The notes under the pieces are model-generated. The model was not told the origin of the DNA. It did not search any database and saw only the letters and a program-made list of their open reading frames with translations. 64,000 nucleotides of DNA from an uncultured Gammaproteobacteria bacterium (GTDB lineage Bacteria > Pseudomonadota > Gammaproteobacteria > CAVZZX01). The DNA lies in assembly GCA_963779865.1 (NCBI GenBank), contig CAVZZX010000003.1:2252274-2316273 (forward strand), read 5' to 3'. Of the stretch, positions 1-9,178 are shown one piece after another. Position 1 is the stretch's first letter; the number at the start of each line of letters is the position of its first letter. The translations under genes and the position numbers were made by a program.

Positions 1-345
1 GAGCCCTGCGGGCTGAACCAGATGTACAGCCTGCGCTACGGCACGGTGCCGGTGGTGCGCCGCACCGGCGGTCTGGCGGACGCGGTGGTGGACGCCACCC
101 TCGAGAATCGCGCCAACGGCCGTGCGGACGGGGTGCTCTTCGACGCGGCCGCGGTGCCGGACCTGATGGAGGGCATGCGACGGGCGCTCGCGCTGCAGGC
201 GGATCCGCGCCAGTGGCGCCAGCTGCAGTCGACGGGCATGCGTCAGGATTTCTCCTGGCGACGCAGCGCCCGCGAGTACGAAGCGCTGTACGCGCGCCTG
301 CTGCAGACGCCCGCGCGCCCGCACGGCACGGCCGCAACCCGTTGA
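1..345 (+). CDS. glgA: glycogen synthase, C-terminal fragment (5' end lies outside the window)
   Basis: The frame is open from nt 1. The C-terminal sequence YGTVPVVRRTGGLADAVVD...LFDAA is the conserved GlgA (GT5) tail, and a stop follows at 343-345. Confidence 0.65.
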   Translation, partial: EPCGLNQMYSLRYGTVPVVRRTGGLADAVVDATLENRANGRADGVLFDAAAVPDLMEGMRRALALQADPRQWRQLQSTGMRQDFSWRRSAREYEALYARLLQTPARPHGTAATR

Positions 346-434
346 GCGGACACCGTTCATAAACGGGCGTCCATGCGCTATAGCTTTTAGCCCGAGGTAC
401 GCACTACCCCAACGACAAACCTGTGGAGGAGACG

Positions 435-1358
435 ATGAGACTGGCAATGATCGGCCTGGGCCGCATGGGCGGCAACATGGCGCGGCGCCTGTTGCGCGGC
501 GGGATCGAAGTGGCCGGCTACAACCGCTCCCAGGGCATTGTCAGACAGCTTGCCGAGGAAGAGGGCATGCGCCCCGCCCAGAGCGTCGCCCAGGCACTGC
601 AGCAATTGCCCGGCGGGGAGGGCGGTCCGCGAGTGGTGTGGCTGATGCTGCCCAGCGGCGCCCCCACCGAGGCCATGCTCGAGGAGGTCCTGCCCCTGCT
701 CGAGCCGGGCGACATCGTCGTCGACGGCGGCAACGCCAATTACCACGACTCCCAGCGCCGCGGCCGCCTGCTCGCGGACCGCGACCTGCAGTTTCTCGAC
801 GCCGGCGTCTCCGGCGGGGTGTGGGGGCTCAAGGAAGGCTACTGCATCATGATCGGCGGCGAGAGCGGCGCCGTCTCCAGCCTCGCGCCGGCGCTGCGCG
901 TGCTCGCCCCCGGGGCCGAGCGCGGCTGGGCGCACGTCGGGCCGGTGGGCGCCGGGCACTTCACCAAGATGATCCACAACGGCATCGAATACGGCATGAT
1001 GCAGGCCTTCGCCGAGGGCTTCGCCCTGCTGCGCGGCAAGGAGGAGTTCGACCTCGACCTGGCGCAGGTCTCCGAGCTGTGGCGGCACGGCTCGGTGGTG
1101 CGCAGCTGGCTGCTGGACCTGATGGCGGACTTCCTCGACCACGACCAGGACCTGGCGGGCATCGCCCCCCTCGTGGCGGATTCCGGGGAAGGACGCTGGA
1201 CCGTGCACGAGGCGGTCGACCAGGGCGTGGCCGCGCCGGTGCTGGCGCTGGCGCTGCACATGCGCTTCGCCAGCCAGGACAGCGAGGGCTACACCAACCG
1301 CCTGCTCGCCATGATGCGCAACGCCTTCGGCGGCCATGCCGTCAAGGAGCGCCAGTAA
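435..1358 (+). CDS. gnd: 6-phosphogluconate dehydrogenase (decarboxylating), short about 300-aa form
   Basis: The protein begins MRLAMIGLGRMGGNMARRL with a Rossmann GxGxxG motif and has the 6PGDH NAD-binding and C-terminal domains. A GGAGGAG ribosome-binding site sits at 426-432. An in-frame GTG at 423 is an alternative start. The stop TAA overlaps the zwf ATG. Confidence 0.8.
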   Translation: MRLAMIGLGRMGGNMARRLLRGGIEVAGYNRSQGIVRQLAEEEGMRPAQSVAQALQQLPGGEGGPRVVWLMLPSGAPTEAMLEEVLPLLEPGDIVVDGGNANYHDSQRRGRLLADRDLQFLDAGVSGGVWGLKEGYCIMIGGESGAVSSLAPALRVLAPGAERGWAHVGPVGAGHFTKMIHNGIEYGMMQAFAEGFALLRGKEEFDLDLAQVSELWRHGSVVRSWLLDLMADFLDHDQDLAGIAPLVADSGEGRWTVHEAVDQGVAAPVLALALHMRFASQDSEGYTNRLLAMMRNAFGGHAVKERQ

Positions 1359-2860
1359 TGGCGCTGCCTCGTCCCTGCCCCTGCACCTTCGTCATCTACG
1401 GCGCGACCGGCAATCTCGCCTGCACCAAACTGCTGCCCGCCCTGTACCACCTCGAGGAGGCCAAGCGCCTGCCCGCGGGCCTGAAGATCCTCGGCATCGG
1501 CCGCCGCGAGTGGAGCGACGAGCAGTGGCGCGAGAACGTCGCCGGCATGCTCGACACCCGCGCCCGCGGCGGGCTCAACCCCGAGATCTTCGAGCGGCTG
1601 CGTCAGCGGCTGCACTTCTTCAACGGCGACCTGCAGGACCGCGAGTCCTACCGCGCGCTGCGCAAGCGCATCGAGGAGGGGGAGGAATTCCCCAAGAGCA
1701 TGGTCTTCTACATGGCCATCCAGCCCTCGCAGTACGCGCCGGTGAGCCAGCTGATGGCCGACGCCGGGCTCAACGACGAGGCCACCGGCTTCCGCCGGCT
1801 GGTGATCGAGAAGCCCTTCGGCTACGACATCGAGAGCGCCAGCATCCTGGAGGAGCGCCTGCACCGCAACTTCGACGAGCGGCAGATCTTCCGCATCGAC
1901 CATTACCTGGGCAAGGCGATGGTGCAGAACGTGCTGGTGTTTCGCTTCGCCAATCTCATCACCGAGCCGCTCTGGCACCGCAACTACATCGACCACGTGC
2001 AGATCACGCATTCGGAGACCCAGGGCATTGCCGGGCGCGCCGGCTACTACGACGACGCCGGGGCAATGCGCGACATGATCCAGAGCCACCTGCTGCAGAT
2101 GCTCACCCTGGTGGCCATGGAGCCGCCGCCCACGCTCGACGCGGAGTCCTTGCGCGATGAGAAGGTGAAGGTGCTCAAGTCGATCCGCCCGATCCCGCGC
2201 AGCGCCGTACACGCACACGCCTTCCGCGCCCAGTACCGCGGCGGCACCGTCGGCGGCGAGTCGGTGCCCGGCTACCTCGAGGAGGAGGGCATCCCCCAGC
2301 AGAGCACCACCGAGACCTATGCCTCGCTGAAGCTGTACATCGACAATTGGCGCTGGCGCGACGTGCCCTTCTACCTGCGCACGGGCAAGCGCATGGCCAA
2401 GAACAGCTCGATGATCAGCATCCGCTTCAAGCACCCGCCGCAGCAGCTGTTTCGCCAGACCCAGATCGAACAACTCAAGCCGAACTGGATCTTCCTCAGC
2501 ATCCAGCCGCAGGAGTGCCTGCGCCTGGAGATGCAGGCCAAGGAGCCGGGGCTGGAGCTGCGCACCCACACCACCCAGCTCGACGCGAGCTATTGCGGCA
2601 TCCCGCGCTACCAGCTGGACGCCTACGAGGCGCTGCTGCTGGACGTCATCGAGGACGACCGCTCGCTGTTCCTGCGCTACGACGAGATCCGCTGGGCCTG
2701 GGAGGTGGTCGACCCCATCATCAAGGTGTGGTCCACGCAGCGCGACTACATCCACACCTATCCCGCCGGGAGCTGGGGGCCGCGCGAGGACAATCGCCTG
2801 TTCGACCGCGAGGACCACGAGTGGCGCAACGAACTGGAGGTCAACTCCGGCGGGCTCTAG
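1358..2860 (+). CDS. zwf: glucose-6-phosphate 1-dehydrogenase
   Basis: The N-terminus MALPRPCPCTFVIYGATGNLACTKLLPALY is the G6PD NADP-binding motif and the IDHYLGK active-site region is present. The start overlaps the gnd stop (taATG). The six-frame ORF 638..2860 is the same frame with a spurious N-terminal extension. Confidence 0.9.
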   Translation: MALPRPCPCTFVIYGATGNLACTKLLPALYHLEEAKRLPAGLKILGIGRREWSDEQWRENVAGMLDTRARGGLNPEIFERLRQRLHFFNGDLQDRESYRALRKRIEEGEEFPKSMVFYMAIQPSQYAPVSQLMADAGLNDEATGFRRLVIEKPFGYDIESASILEERLHRNFDERQIFRIDHYLGKAMVQNVLVFRFANLITEPLWHRNYIDHVQITHSETQGIAGRAGYYDDAGAMRDMIQSHLLQMLTLVAMEPPPTLDAESLRDEKVKVLKSIRPIPRSAVHAHAFRAQYRGGTVGGESVPGYLEEEGIPQQSTTETYASLKLYIDNWRWRDVPFYLRTGKRMAKNSSMISIRFKHPPQQLFRQTQIEQLKPNWIFLSIQPQECLRLEMQAKEPGLELRTHTTQLDASYCGIPRYQLDAYEALLLDVIEDDRSLFLRYDEIRWAWEVVDPIIKVWSTQRDYIHTYPAGSWGPREDNRLFDREDHEWRNELEVNSGGL

Positions 2861-2897
2861 CGCAGGCTGCGGCGCCCGCGGTGCGCCAGCGCGAGGC

Positions 2898-2924
2898 CCT
2901 GCCCGGGCTCAGCGCCCGGGCAGG
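2898..2924. terminator. GC-rich inverted repeat between convergent zwf and glk; possible bidirectional terminator
   Basis: The sequence cctgcccgggc-tcagc-gcccgggcagg forms an 11-bp stem that spans the glk stop codon. There is no U-tract, which is common in high-GC genomes. Confidence 0.3.
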
Positions 2925-3907
2925 CGGTGCGCCAGCTCGCAGGCGCCCAGCAGGCCCACCCGCTCCTCGAGAATCACGCGCACCGGGATGCTGTGCAGCA
3001 GCTCGCGCATCGGCGGCTTCGCGGTGAAGGCCTCCAGGAATCGTCCGTCCTGCAGCGCGGGGAGGATCTTCACGGCGATGCCGCCGGCGAGATACAGGCC
3101 GCCGCGCGGCACGCAGTTCAGGGCCAGGTTCCCGGCCTGGGCGCCATAGATGCTCACGAAGCGCTGCAGCGCCGCGGTGGCGGCGGGGTCGCGTCCGCCC
3201 AGGCCGGACTCGCTGATGAGCGGTGCCGGGTCGCCCCCCTGCGCCAGGGCCGCGGCCAGTTGCCGACCGGCGCGGGCGCGGCCGGTTTCCTGCACGAATT
3301 CGAAGATCCGCACCAGTCCCGCGCCGCAGAGCACGCTCTCGTAGCTCACCCGCCCGAGGCGTTCGCGCAGAAAGCCCAGCAGCGCACTCTCTTCGGGGCC
3401 GCGCGGCGCAAAATCCACGTGCCCGCCTTCGGTGGGCACCACCTCATAGCGCCCGGCACAGCGGCACAACAGCGCCTGACCCAGGCCCGTGCCCGCGCCC
3501 AGCAGCGCCCGGGTGCCGCCGGGCACCGGCTCGCCGGCCTGCAGCTCGACCCAGCCGCCGTCGGGCAGTGCCTCGAGGCCGTGGCCGATGCCCTCGAAGT
3601 CGTTGATCAGCTGCACGCGTGCGATCCCCAGCCGGCGCTGGAGCAGGTCGGCGTCCAGGCCCCAGGGAAGATTGGTGATGCGCGCCCGTCGGCCGTGGAC
3701 CGGCCCCGCGACCGCAAAGCAGGCGACCTGCGGCGGCTCCGCCGGCGCCTGCGCGGCGAGAAAATCCTCGACGATCACATCCAGATCGGAGTACAGGGTG
3801 CTGTCGTAGTGACGCTCGGCGAGCGGCCGCAGGCGCCCTGCCGCATCGGTCTCGGCGAGCAGCAGTCGGGTATGGGTGCCGCCGACGTCACCGCCGAGCA
3901 GACGCAT
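2909..3907 (-). CDS. glk: glucokinase
   Basis: The protein begins MRLLGGDVGGTHTRLLLAE and is in the ROK/glucokinase family. It overlaps the pgl stop by 20 nt, which is consistent with translational coupling. Confidence 0.85.
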   Translation of the reverse strand: MRLLGGDVGGTHTRLLLAETDAAGRLRPLAERHYDSTLYSDLDVIVEDFLAAQAPAEPPQVACFAVAGPVHGRRARITNLPWGLDADLLQRRLGIARVQLINDFEGIGHGLEALPDGGWVELQAGEPVPGGTRALLGAGTGLGQALLCRCAGRYEVVPTEGGHVDFAPRGPEESALLGFLRERLGRVSYESVLCGAGLVRIFEFVQETGRARAGRQLAAALAQGGDPAPLISESGLGGRDPAATAALQRFVSIYGAQAGNLALNCVPRGGLYLAGGIAVKILPALQDGRFLEAFTAKPPMRELLHSIPVRVILEERVGLLGACELAHRLPGR

Positions 3908-4643
3908 TGCGCAGCTCCTGCGGCAGCCGGGCCGCAGCCGCCTCGTCCAGGTACCAGAGGACTTCGCCCCGGGGGCGCACGCGCTGTGCCGGCAGGGGCT
4001 CGGCGGGCGCGGCGGCGAACAGCCGCTGCACGATGTCGGCCTTGCCCGCGCCGGCCACCAGGAACAGCGCCTCGCGGGCGCTGTCCAGGGCCGCGTAGGT
4101 CAGGCTCAGGCGCCAGGCGTCCAGGCGCGGCACATGGACGGCGGCGACCTGCCGCCGGCGCTCGTCCAGGATGTCGGTCCCGGGAAAGAGGGAGGCGGTG
4201 TGCCCGTCCTCGCCCAGGCCGAGCAGCACGAGGTCCAGCAGCGGCTGCCCGCCGGCGTCGGCAGGCACGGCCTGGGCGAGCGCCTGGGCATAACGCTGCG
4301 CCGCCTCGGGCAGCGGCAGCCCGGTGGTCTGCATGGGGTGCACCTGGTTCGGCGGGATGGGCACGTGATCGAGCAGCGCCTCTCGGGCCATCCGGTAGTT
4401 GCTCTCGGGGGCGTCCGGGGGGACGGCGCGCTCGTCGCCGAACCAGATGTGCACGCCGGCCCAGTTGACCCGCTCGCGGAAGTCCGGCCCGGCGAGCCGT
4501 TGGTAAAGACGTCGGGGCGTTGAACCGCCGGCCAGCGCAACGTGAAAGGCGCCCCGGGCGCTCTGGGCGGCCTCGGCGCTGGCCACCCAGTGCTCGGCGG
4601 CGGCGCGGCTGAGGGCATCGAGATCGGCGTAGATGCGGAACAT
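3888..4643 (-). CDS. pgl: 6-phosphogluconolactonase
   Basis: The sequence MFRIYADLDALSRAA...HVALAGGSTPRRLYQRLA matches the Pgl/DevB family. A GAAGGAG ribosome-binding site lies 8 nt upstream of the ATG at 4643. The six-frame ORF extends to 4694, so a longer N-terminus is possible. Confidence 0.8.
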   Translation of the reverse strand: MFRIYADLDALSRAAAEHWVASAEAAQSARGAFHVALAGGSTPRRLYQRLAGPDFRERVNWAGVHIWFGDERAVPPDAPESNYRMAREALLDHVPIPPNQVHPMQTTGLPLPEAAQRYAQALAQAVPADAGGQPLLDLVLLGLGEDGHTASLFPGTDILDERRRQVAAVHVPRLDAWRLSLTYAALDSAREALFLVAGAGKADIVQRLFAAAPAEPLPAQRVRPRGEVLWYLDEAAAARLPQELRNASARR

Positions 4644-4734
4644 GCGTGGGGCTCCTTCACGTGGCGCCGGCGGGGGCAACGCCGCGTGTGACAACTATAG
4701 CGCTTCGGGCCCACGTGCAGGCCCGGCTCCCGGC

Positions 4735-5376
4735 TCACCCAAGCGGCTGGCTGCGCTTGCTGCGCAGCCAGCGCAGCAGCGGCTCCCACTGCTCCAGATC
4801 CTGCCACACCAGAGAGGGCGCCAGCTCATGCAGGCCAAGACCGCGTTCGGCGGCGCGGATGTAGTTCTGCGTATCACGCAGCGAGGTGACGAAGGGGATC
4901 CTGAGCGCGCCCAGGAAGGCCTCGAGCCGGCGATAGATCAACGTGTACTCGCGCACTCGGTTGGCGACCACGGCCAGACGGGTCTGCTTGCGCGAAACCT
5001 TGCCGACCAGCAGCAGTTCCTCGATGAAGCGCGCCGCGGCACGGATGTCCATGGGCGAGGGCGTCACCGGGATGAGCGCGGTCTGCGCGCGGCGGACCAG
5101 GGCCGTGAGCTCCTTCTGGTGCGAGCGTGCCGGGGCGTCGAGGATCAGCACCTCGGTCCCGTGCGGGACGCGCAGCGCCTCGTCCCAGGCGGCAATGCCG
5201 TGGATGGCCGCGCGCTCCGGCGGGCGTGCCGCCAGCCACTCCATGCTCGAGCCCTGCGGGTCGAAGTCGGCCAGGGCGACGCGGCGTCCCTGTGCCGCGT
5301 AGTGCGCGGCGAGGTTGGTGGCGATGGTGCTCTTGCCGCAGCCGCCCTTCGCATTGAGCAGCATGATGGTGCGCAT
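4735..5376 (-). CDS. ParA/MinD-family P-loop ATPase (orphan)
   Basis: The protein begins MRTIMLLNAKGGCGKSTIATNLAA and carries the deviant Walker A motif KGGxGKS. A GGAGGGGA ribosome-binding site precedes the ATG at 5376. No parB-like partner gene is adjacent. Confidence 0.75.
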   Translation of the reverse strand: MRTIMLLNAKGGCGKSTIATNLAAHYAAQGRRVALADFDPQGSSMEWLAARPPERAAIHGIAAWDEALRVPHGTEVLILDAPARSHQKELTALVRRAQTALIPVTPSPMDIRAAARFIEELLLVGKVSRKQTRLAVVANRVREYTLIYRRLEAFLGALRIPFVTSLRDTQNYIRAAERGLGLHELAPSLVWQDLEQWEPLLRWLRSKRSQPLG

Positions 5377-5566
5377 CGATGTCCCCTCCATCCGGATGCG
5401 CCTTCCGGTGGCGAACCTATCCTTTTCTTTTCGCGAATTTTTTTGTTGAGGCAAGGGCTTTCCTAATTACCAGACTCGTGCGCCGCTGTCCACTCGGCAC
5501 GGCTTCGGCAGCCAGCAGATGCTGCTAGCCTTTCGGTGGAGCGCAAAGCAGACGGAGGAGACCGCC

Positions 5567-6454
5567 GTGGAGAGGATTGGCTTCGTCGGGCTGGGCCACA
5601 TGGGCGCGGCCATGGCCTGGAACATTCACCGCGCCGGCTACGAGCTCGGCGTGTACAACCGCAGCCCGGACAAGGCCGAGCCCTTCCGCGAGGCGGGGGT
5701 GCCGGTGTACGACGCACCCGCCGATCTGGCGCGCGACAGCGACATCGTGATCGTCATGGTCGCCGACCCCGCGGCCCTGCACGAGGTGGTCAGCGGGCGC
5801 AACGGACTGAGCTCGGGTCTGCAGTCCAACGCCCTGCTGGTGAACATGAGTACCGTCTCGCGCGAGGCGGTGCTCGCCACGCAGGCGGCCGTCTGCGAGG
5901 CCGGCGGGCGCTTTCTCGACGCCCCGGTGTCGGGCACCGTCAAGCCCGCCGAGGACGGCACGCTGCTGATCCTGGCCGGCGGCGACGGCGAAGACCTGGA
6001 ACGCGCGCGGCCGCTGCTGGAGGCCATGGGCAAGGGCGTGGTCCACTGCGGCGGCGTCGGGCAGGGCACGGCCATGAAGCTGGTGCTCAATCTGATGCTC
6101 GGCGGCATGATGCAGTGCCTGGCCGAGGCCCTGGTGCTGGGGCGCTCGCTGGAGCTCGACGGGGGCCAGGTGCTCGAGGCGATCGGCACCGGCCCCATGG
6201 GCGCGCCGCTGTTCCAGATGAAGGGCGGGGCCATCCGCGACGGGCGCTTCGCCAAGCAGTTCCCGGTCGACCTGATGTTCAAGGACCTCAACCTGGTGCT
6301 CGAGGCGGCAGGCAACGCGCGCGTGCCGCTTGCCCTGACCGGCGCGGTGCGCGAGGCCTACAGCGCGGCGCGCGCCCGCGGCCACGGCGATGAGGACATG
6401 GCCGCGGTGATCCGGGTGCTCGAGGCCCTCACCGGCCTGGAGGTGCGCGGCTGA
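5567..6454 (+). CDS. NAD(P)-dependent oxidoreductase, 3-hydroxyisobutyrate/beta-hydroxyacid dehydrogenase family
   Basis: VERIGFVGLGHMGAAMAWNI is a Rossmann motif and the 6PGDH-type NAD-binding fold follows. A GGAGGAG ribosome-binding site precedes the GTG at 5567. Confidence 0.75.
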   Translation: MERIGFVGLGHMGAAMAWNIHRAGYELGVYNRSPDKAEPFREAGVPVYDAPADLARDSDIVIVMVADPAALHEVVSGRNGLSSGLQSNALLVNMSTVSREAVLATQAAVCEAGGRFLDAPVSGTVKPAEDGTLLILAGGDGEDLERARPLLEAMGKGVVHCGGVGQGTAMKLVLNLMLGGMMQCLAEALVLGRSLELDGGQVLEAIGTGPMGAPLFQMKGGAIRDGRFAKQFPVDLMFKDLNLVLEAAGNARVPLALTGAVREAYSAARARGHGDEDMAAVIRVLEALTGLEVRG

Positions 6455-6517
6455 GGCGCCGCCCGGGCCCCCCGTCCCCTACAGGCCCGCTCCAGCATCA
6501 GGCCGGTTCGGTGGGCT

Positions 6518-7984
6518 TCACTCCAGGCCGAGTTCGTTCCACAGGGCGTCCACCCGCGCCTTGACCGCCGCGCTCATGGCGATCGGGCGGCCCCACTCGC
6601 GGGTGGTCTCGCCCGGCCACTTGTTGGTGGCGTCGAAGCCGACCTTGGAGCCGAGGCCGGAGACCGGCGAGGCGAAGTCGAGATAGTCGATGGGGGTGTT
6701 CTCGACCAGGGTGATGTCGCGCGCCGGGTCCATGCGCGTGGTCATGGCCCAGATCACGTCCTGCCAGTCGCGCACGTTCACGTCGTCGTCGGTGACCACC
6801 ACGAACTTGGTGTACATGAACTGGCGCAGGAAGGACCAGACGCCGAACATCACCCGCTTGGCGTGGCCGGGGTACTGCTTTTTCATGCTCACCACGGCCA
6901 TGCGGTAGGAGCAACCCTCCGGCGGCAGGTAGAAGTCGACGATCTCGGGAAACTGCTTCTGCAGGATGGGCACGAAGACCTCGTTCAGCGCCACGCCCAG
7001 CACGGCCGGCTCGTCCGGCGGACGGCCCGTGTAGGTGCTGTGATAGATGGGCTTCGTGCGATGGGTGATGCGCTCGATGGTGAACACCGGGAAGCGCTCC
7101 ACCTCGTTATAGTAACCGGTGTGGTCGCCAAACGGGCCTTCCGGGGCCTCCTCGCCGGGGTGGATGAGGCCCTCCAGGACGATCTCCGCCGAGGCCGGCA
7201 CCTGCAGGTCCGAGCCCAGGCATTTGACCACCTCGGTCTTCGACCCGCGCAACAGACCGGCGAAGCCGTATTCGGACAGGGTGTCCGGCACCGGCGTCAC
7301 CGCACCCAGGATGGTGGCCGGATCGGCCCCCAGCGCCACCGCCACCGGGAAGGGCTCGCCCGGATGCGCCCGCTGCCAGTCGCGCAAGTCCAGCGCCCCC
7401 CCGCGGTGGGCCAGCCAGCGCATGATCACCTTGTTGCGGCCGATCACCTGCTGGCGGTAGATCCCCAGGTTTTGCCGTTCCTTCTCGGGGCCGCGCGTGA
7501 CCACCAGCGCCCAGGTGATGAGCGGGCCGGCATCCTCCGGCCAGCAGGTCTGGATCGGCAGGCGCCCGAGGTCGACCGCATCGGCCTCGATCACGTTTTC
7601 CTGGCAGGGCGCGGACTTCACCACCTTGGGCGCCATGTTCAGCACCTGCTTGAACACGGGCAGCTTGTCCCAGGCGTCGCGCATGCCCTTGGGGGGGTCG
7701 GGTTCCTTGAGGAAGGCGAGCAGGCGGCCCACCTCGCGCAGTGCCTCGACCGAGTCCTGGCCCATGCCCAGGGCGACGCGCTCAGGGGTGCCGAACAGGT
7801 TGCCGAGCACGGGGATGTCGTGCCCTTTGGGGTTCTCGAAGAGAATGGCCGGGCCGCCCGCACGCAGGGTGCGATCGCAGATCTCGGTCATCTCCAGATA
7901 GGGATCGACCTCGACACCGATGCGTTTGAGCTCGCCCTCGCGCTCCAGCTTGGCAATGAAATCGCGCAGGTCCTTGTACTTCAT
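6518..7984 (-). CDS. ubiD: UbiD-family decarboxylase (4-hydroxy-3-polyprenylbenzoate decarboxylase)
   Basis: The protein begins [22 protein letters not shown] and shows full-length UbiD similarity. The six-frame ORF starts 4 codons further upstream. Confidence 0.85.
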   Translation of the reverse strand: MKYKDLRDFIAKLEREGELKRIGVEVDPYLEMTEICDRTLRAGGPAILFENPKGHDIPVLGNLFGTPERVALGMGQDSVEALREVGRLLAFLKEPDPPKGMRDAWDKLPVFKQVLNMAPKVVKSAPCQENVIEADAVDLGRLPIQTCWPEDAGPLITWALVVTRGPEKERQNLGIYRQQVIGRNKVIMRWLAHRGGALDLRDWQRAHPGEPFPVAVALGADPATILGAVTPVPDTLSEYGFAGLLRGSKTEVVKCLGSDLQVPASAEIVLEGLIHPGEEAPEGPFGDHTGYYNEVERFPVFTIERITHRTKPIYHSTYTGRPPDEPAVLGVALNEVFVPILQKQFPEIVDFYLPPEGCSYRMAVVSMKKQYPGHAKRVMFGVWSFLRQFMYTKFVVVTDDDVNVRDWQDVIWAMTTRMDPARDITLVENTPIDYLDFASPVSGLGSKVGFDATNKWPGETTREWGRPIAMSAAVKARVDALWNELGLE

Positions 7985-8064
7985 CGGTGCTCGCAATCCG
8001 CCACAGGGAGCAAAAGCCTATCAAATCGCGCCGCCGTTTACCTGCGCCCCCGGACTACCGCAGG

Positions 8065-8130
8065 CGCTGTGCACCCGTGCACGGACACTGATAGGATGAA
8101 TCGCAGCGCCCGCAGTCCGGCGCTGCGCGC
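8065..8130. promoter_or_regulatory. divergent ubiD / WYL-regulator promoter region with two inverted repeats; candidate operator sites
   Basis: GTGCACCCGTGCAC at about 8068-8081 is one inverted repeat. CGCAGCGCC-N9-GGCGCTGCG at about 8101-8127 is a second, immediately upstream of the WYL gene start at 8150. Confidence 0.25.
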
Positions 8131-8149
8131 AAGGAAAACCCAACAGGAA

Positions 8150-9151
8150 ATGAACCGCGCAGAACGCATCTACCGGCTCCATTCCCTGCTGCGGCCGGGC
8201 CGTCCGGTCCCGCTGAGTCGGATAATGGACCAACTCGGGGCCTCGCGCGCCACGGTGAAACGCGACATCGCCTACCTGCGCGACTTCATGGACGCCCCCA
8301 TCCATTACGATCGCGAGCGCAACGGCTACCGCTACGCCCCCGACGCGCCGGAGTTCGAGCTGCCGGGGCTGTGGTTCAATCAGAGCGAGCTCTATGCCCT
8401 GCTCGCCAGCGAACAGCTTCTCGAGGGGGTTCAGCCCGGCCTGCTCGGGCCGTATATCGGGCCGCTCAAGGCGCGCATCCGGCGGCTGCTCGCCGAGAGT
8501 GGGCATGCCGCCGACACCGTGAGCACGCGGGTCATCCTGCAGCCCTTCGCGCAGCGCCACGTCGACCAGGGCCTGTTCGGCCGTGTCTCCGAGGCGGTGA
8601 TGGCTCGGCAGGTCCTCGATATCGAGTACGAGGGCCGCGAGCGCGGGGCGCTCACCCGGCGCCGCATCCATCCCTATCGCCTCCTGCACTACCGCGACAA
8701 CTGGTATGTGGTCGGCTGGTGTGAACGGGCCGGCGACCTGCGCACCTTTTCGCTGGATCGTCTCCGCCACGCCGAATTGGTCGAGGGCGCCGCCACGCCC
8801 GCCGACGCAGCCGCCCTGACCCGCTATCTCGGTGCGAGCTTCGGCATTTTCACCGGCGAGGCCGGTGCCTGGGCCGTGCTGCGCTTCACCGCCCAGCGCG
8901 CCCGCTGGGTCGCCGACGAGCAGTGGCACCCCGACCAAATCGGCCAGTGGGTGGACGGCGCCTACGATCTCCAGGTCCCGTATTCCGATCCGCGCGAACT
9001 GTTACTCGACATCCTCAAGTACGGCCCCGATGTCGAAGTCCTCGCCCCCACCGAGCTCCGTGAGCTGGTGGCCGGGCGGATTCGGGAGGCCGCGGCACGC
9101 TACGAGCGCGAACAGTCCGCAGAAATTGACGCCGGGTGGCTCAATCTGTGA
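8150..9151 (+). CDS. YafY-family transcriptional regulator with HTH, WYL and WCX domains
   Basis: The protein begins MNRAERIYRLHSLLRPGRPVPLSRIMDQLGASRATVKRDIAYLRD with an N-terminal HTH. The central region contains the WYL motif (YRDNWYVVGWC), followed by a C-terminal extension. The six-frame ORF 6863..9151 is the same frame extended antisense across ubiD. Confidence 0.85.
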   Translation: MNRAERIYRLHSLLRPGRPVPLSRIMDQLGASRATVKRDIAYLRDFMDAPIHYDRERNGYRYAPDAPEFELPGLWFNQSELYALLASEQLLEGVQPGLLGPYIGPLKARIRRLLAESGHAADTVSTRVILQPFAQRHVDQGLFGRVSEAVMARQVLDIEYEGRERGALTRRRIHPYRLLHYRDNWYVVGWCERAGDLRTFSLDRLRHAELVEGAATPADAAALTRYLGASFGIFTGEAGAWAVLRFTAQRARWVADEQWHPDQIGQWVDGAYDLQVPYSDPRELLLDILKYGPDVEVLAPTELRELVAGRIREAAARYEREQSAEIDAGWLNL

Positions 9152-9178
9152 GCCAGTGCCTGTGATACAAATTCGTCC

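Noticed and set aside
1289-2818. A long minus-strand ORF antisense to zwf; similar antisense ORFs lie over glk, csb2, gor (36946..38712), the histidine kinases (23290..25350 and 25784..28048), hslU and ubiB
   Set aside because: These are typical stop-poor antisense frames in roughly 68% GC DNA. They show no family similarity and overlap well-supported genes.
638-2860. A 740-aa ORF that seems to fuse an Arg/Pro-rich N-terminus to G6PD
   Set aside because: The first 240 codons are the +1 frame of gnd, a high-GC read-through artefact. The true zwf start is the ATG at 1358, which overlaps the gnd stop.
6863-9151. A 762-aa ORF preceding the WYL regulator
   Set aside because: The upstream 429 codons are antisense to ubiD. 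The conserved HTH begins at the ATG at 8150.
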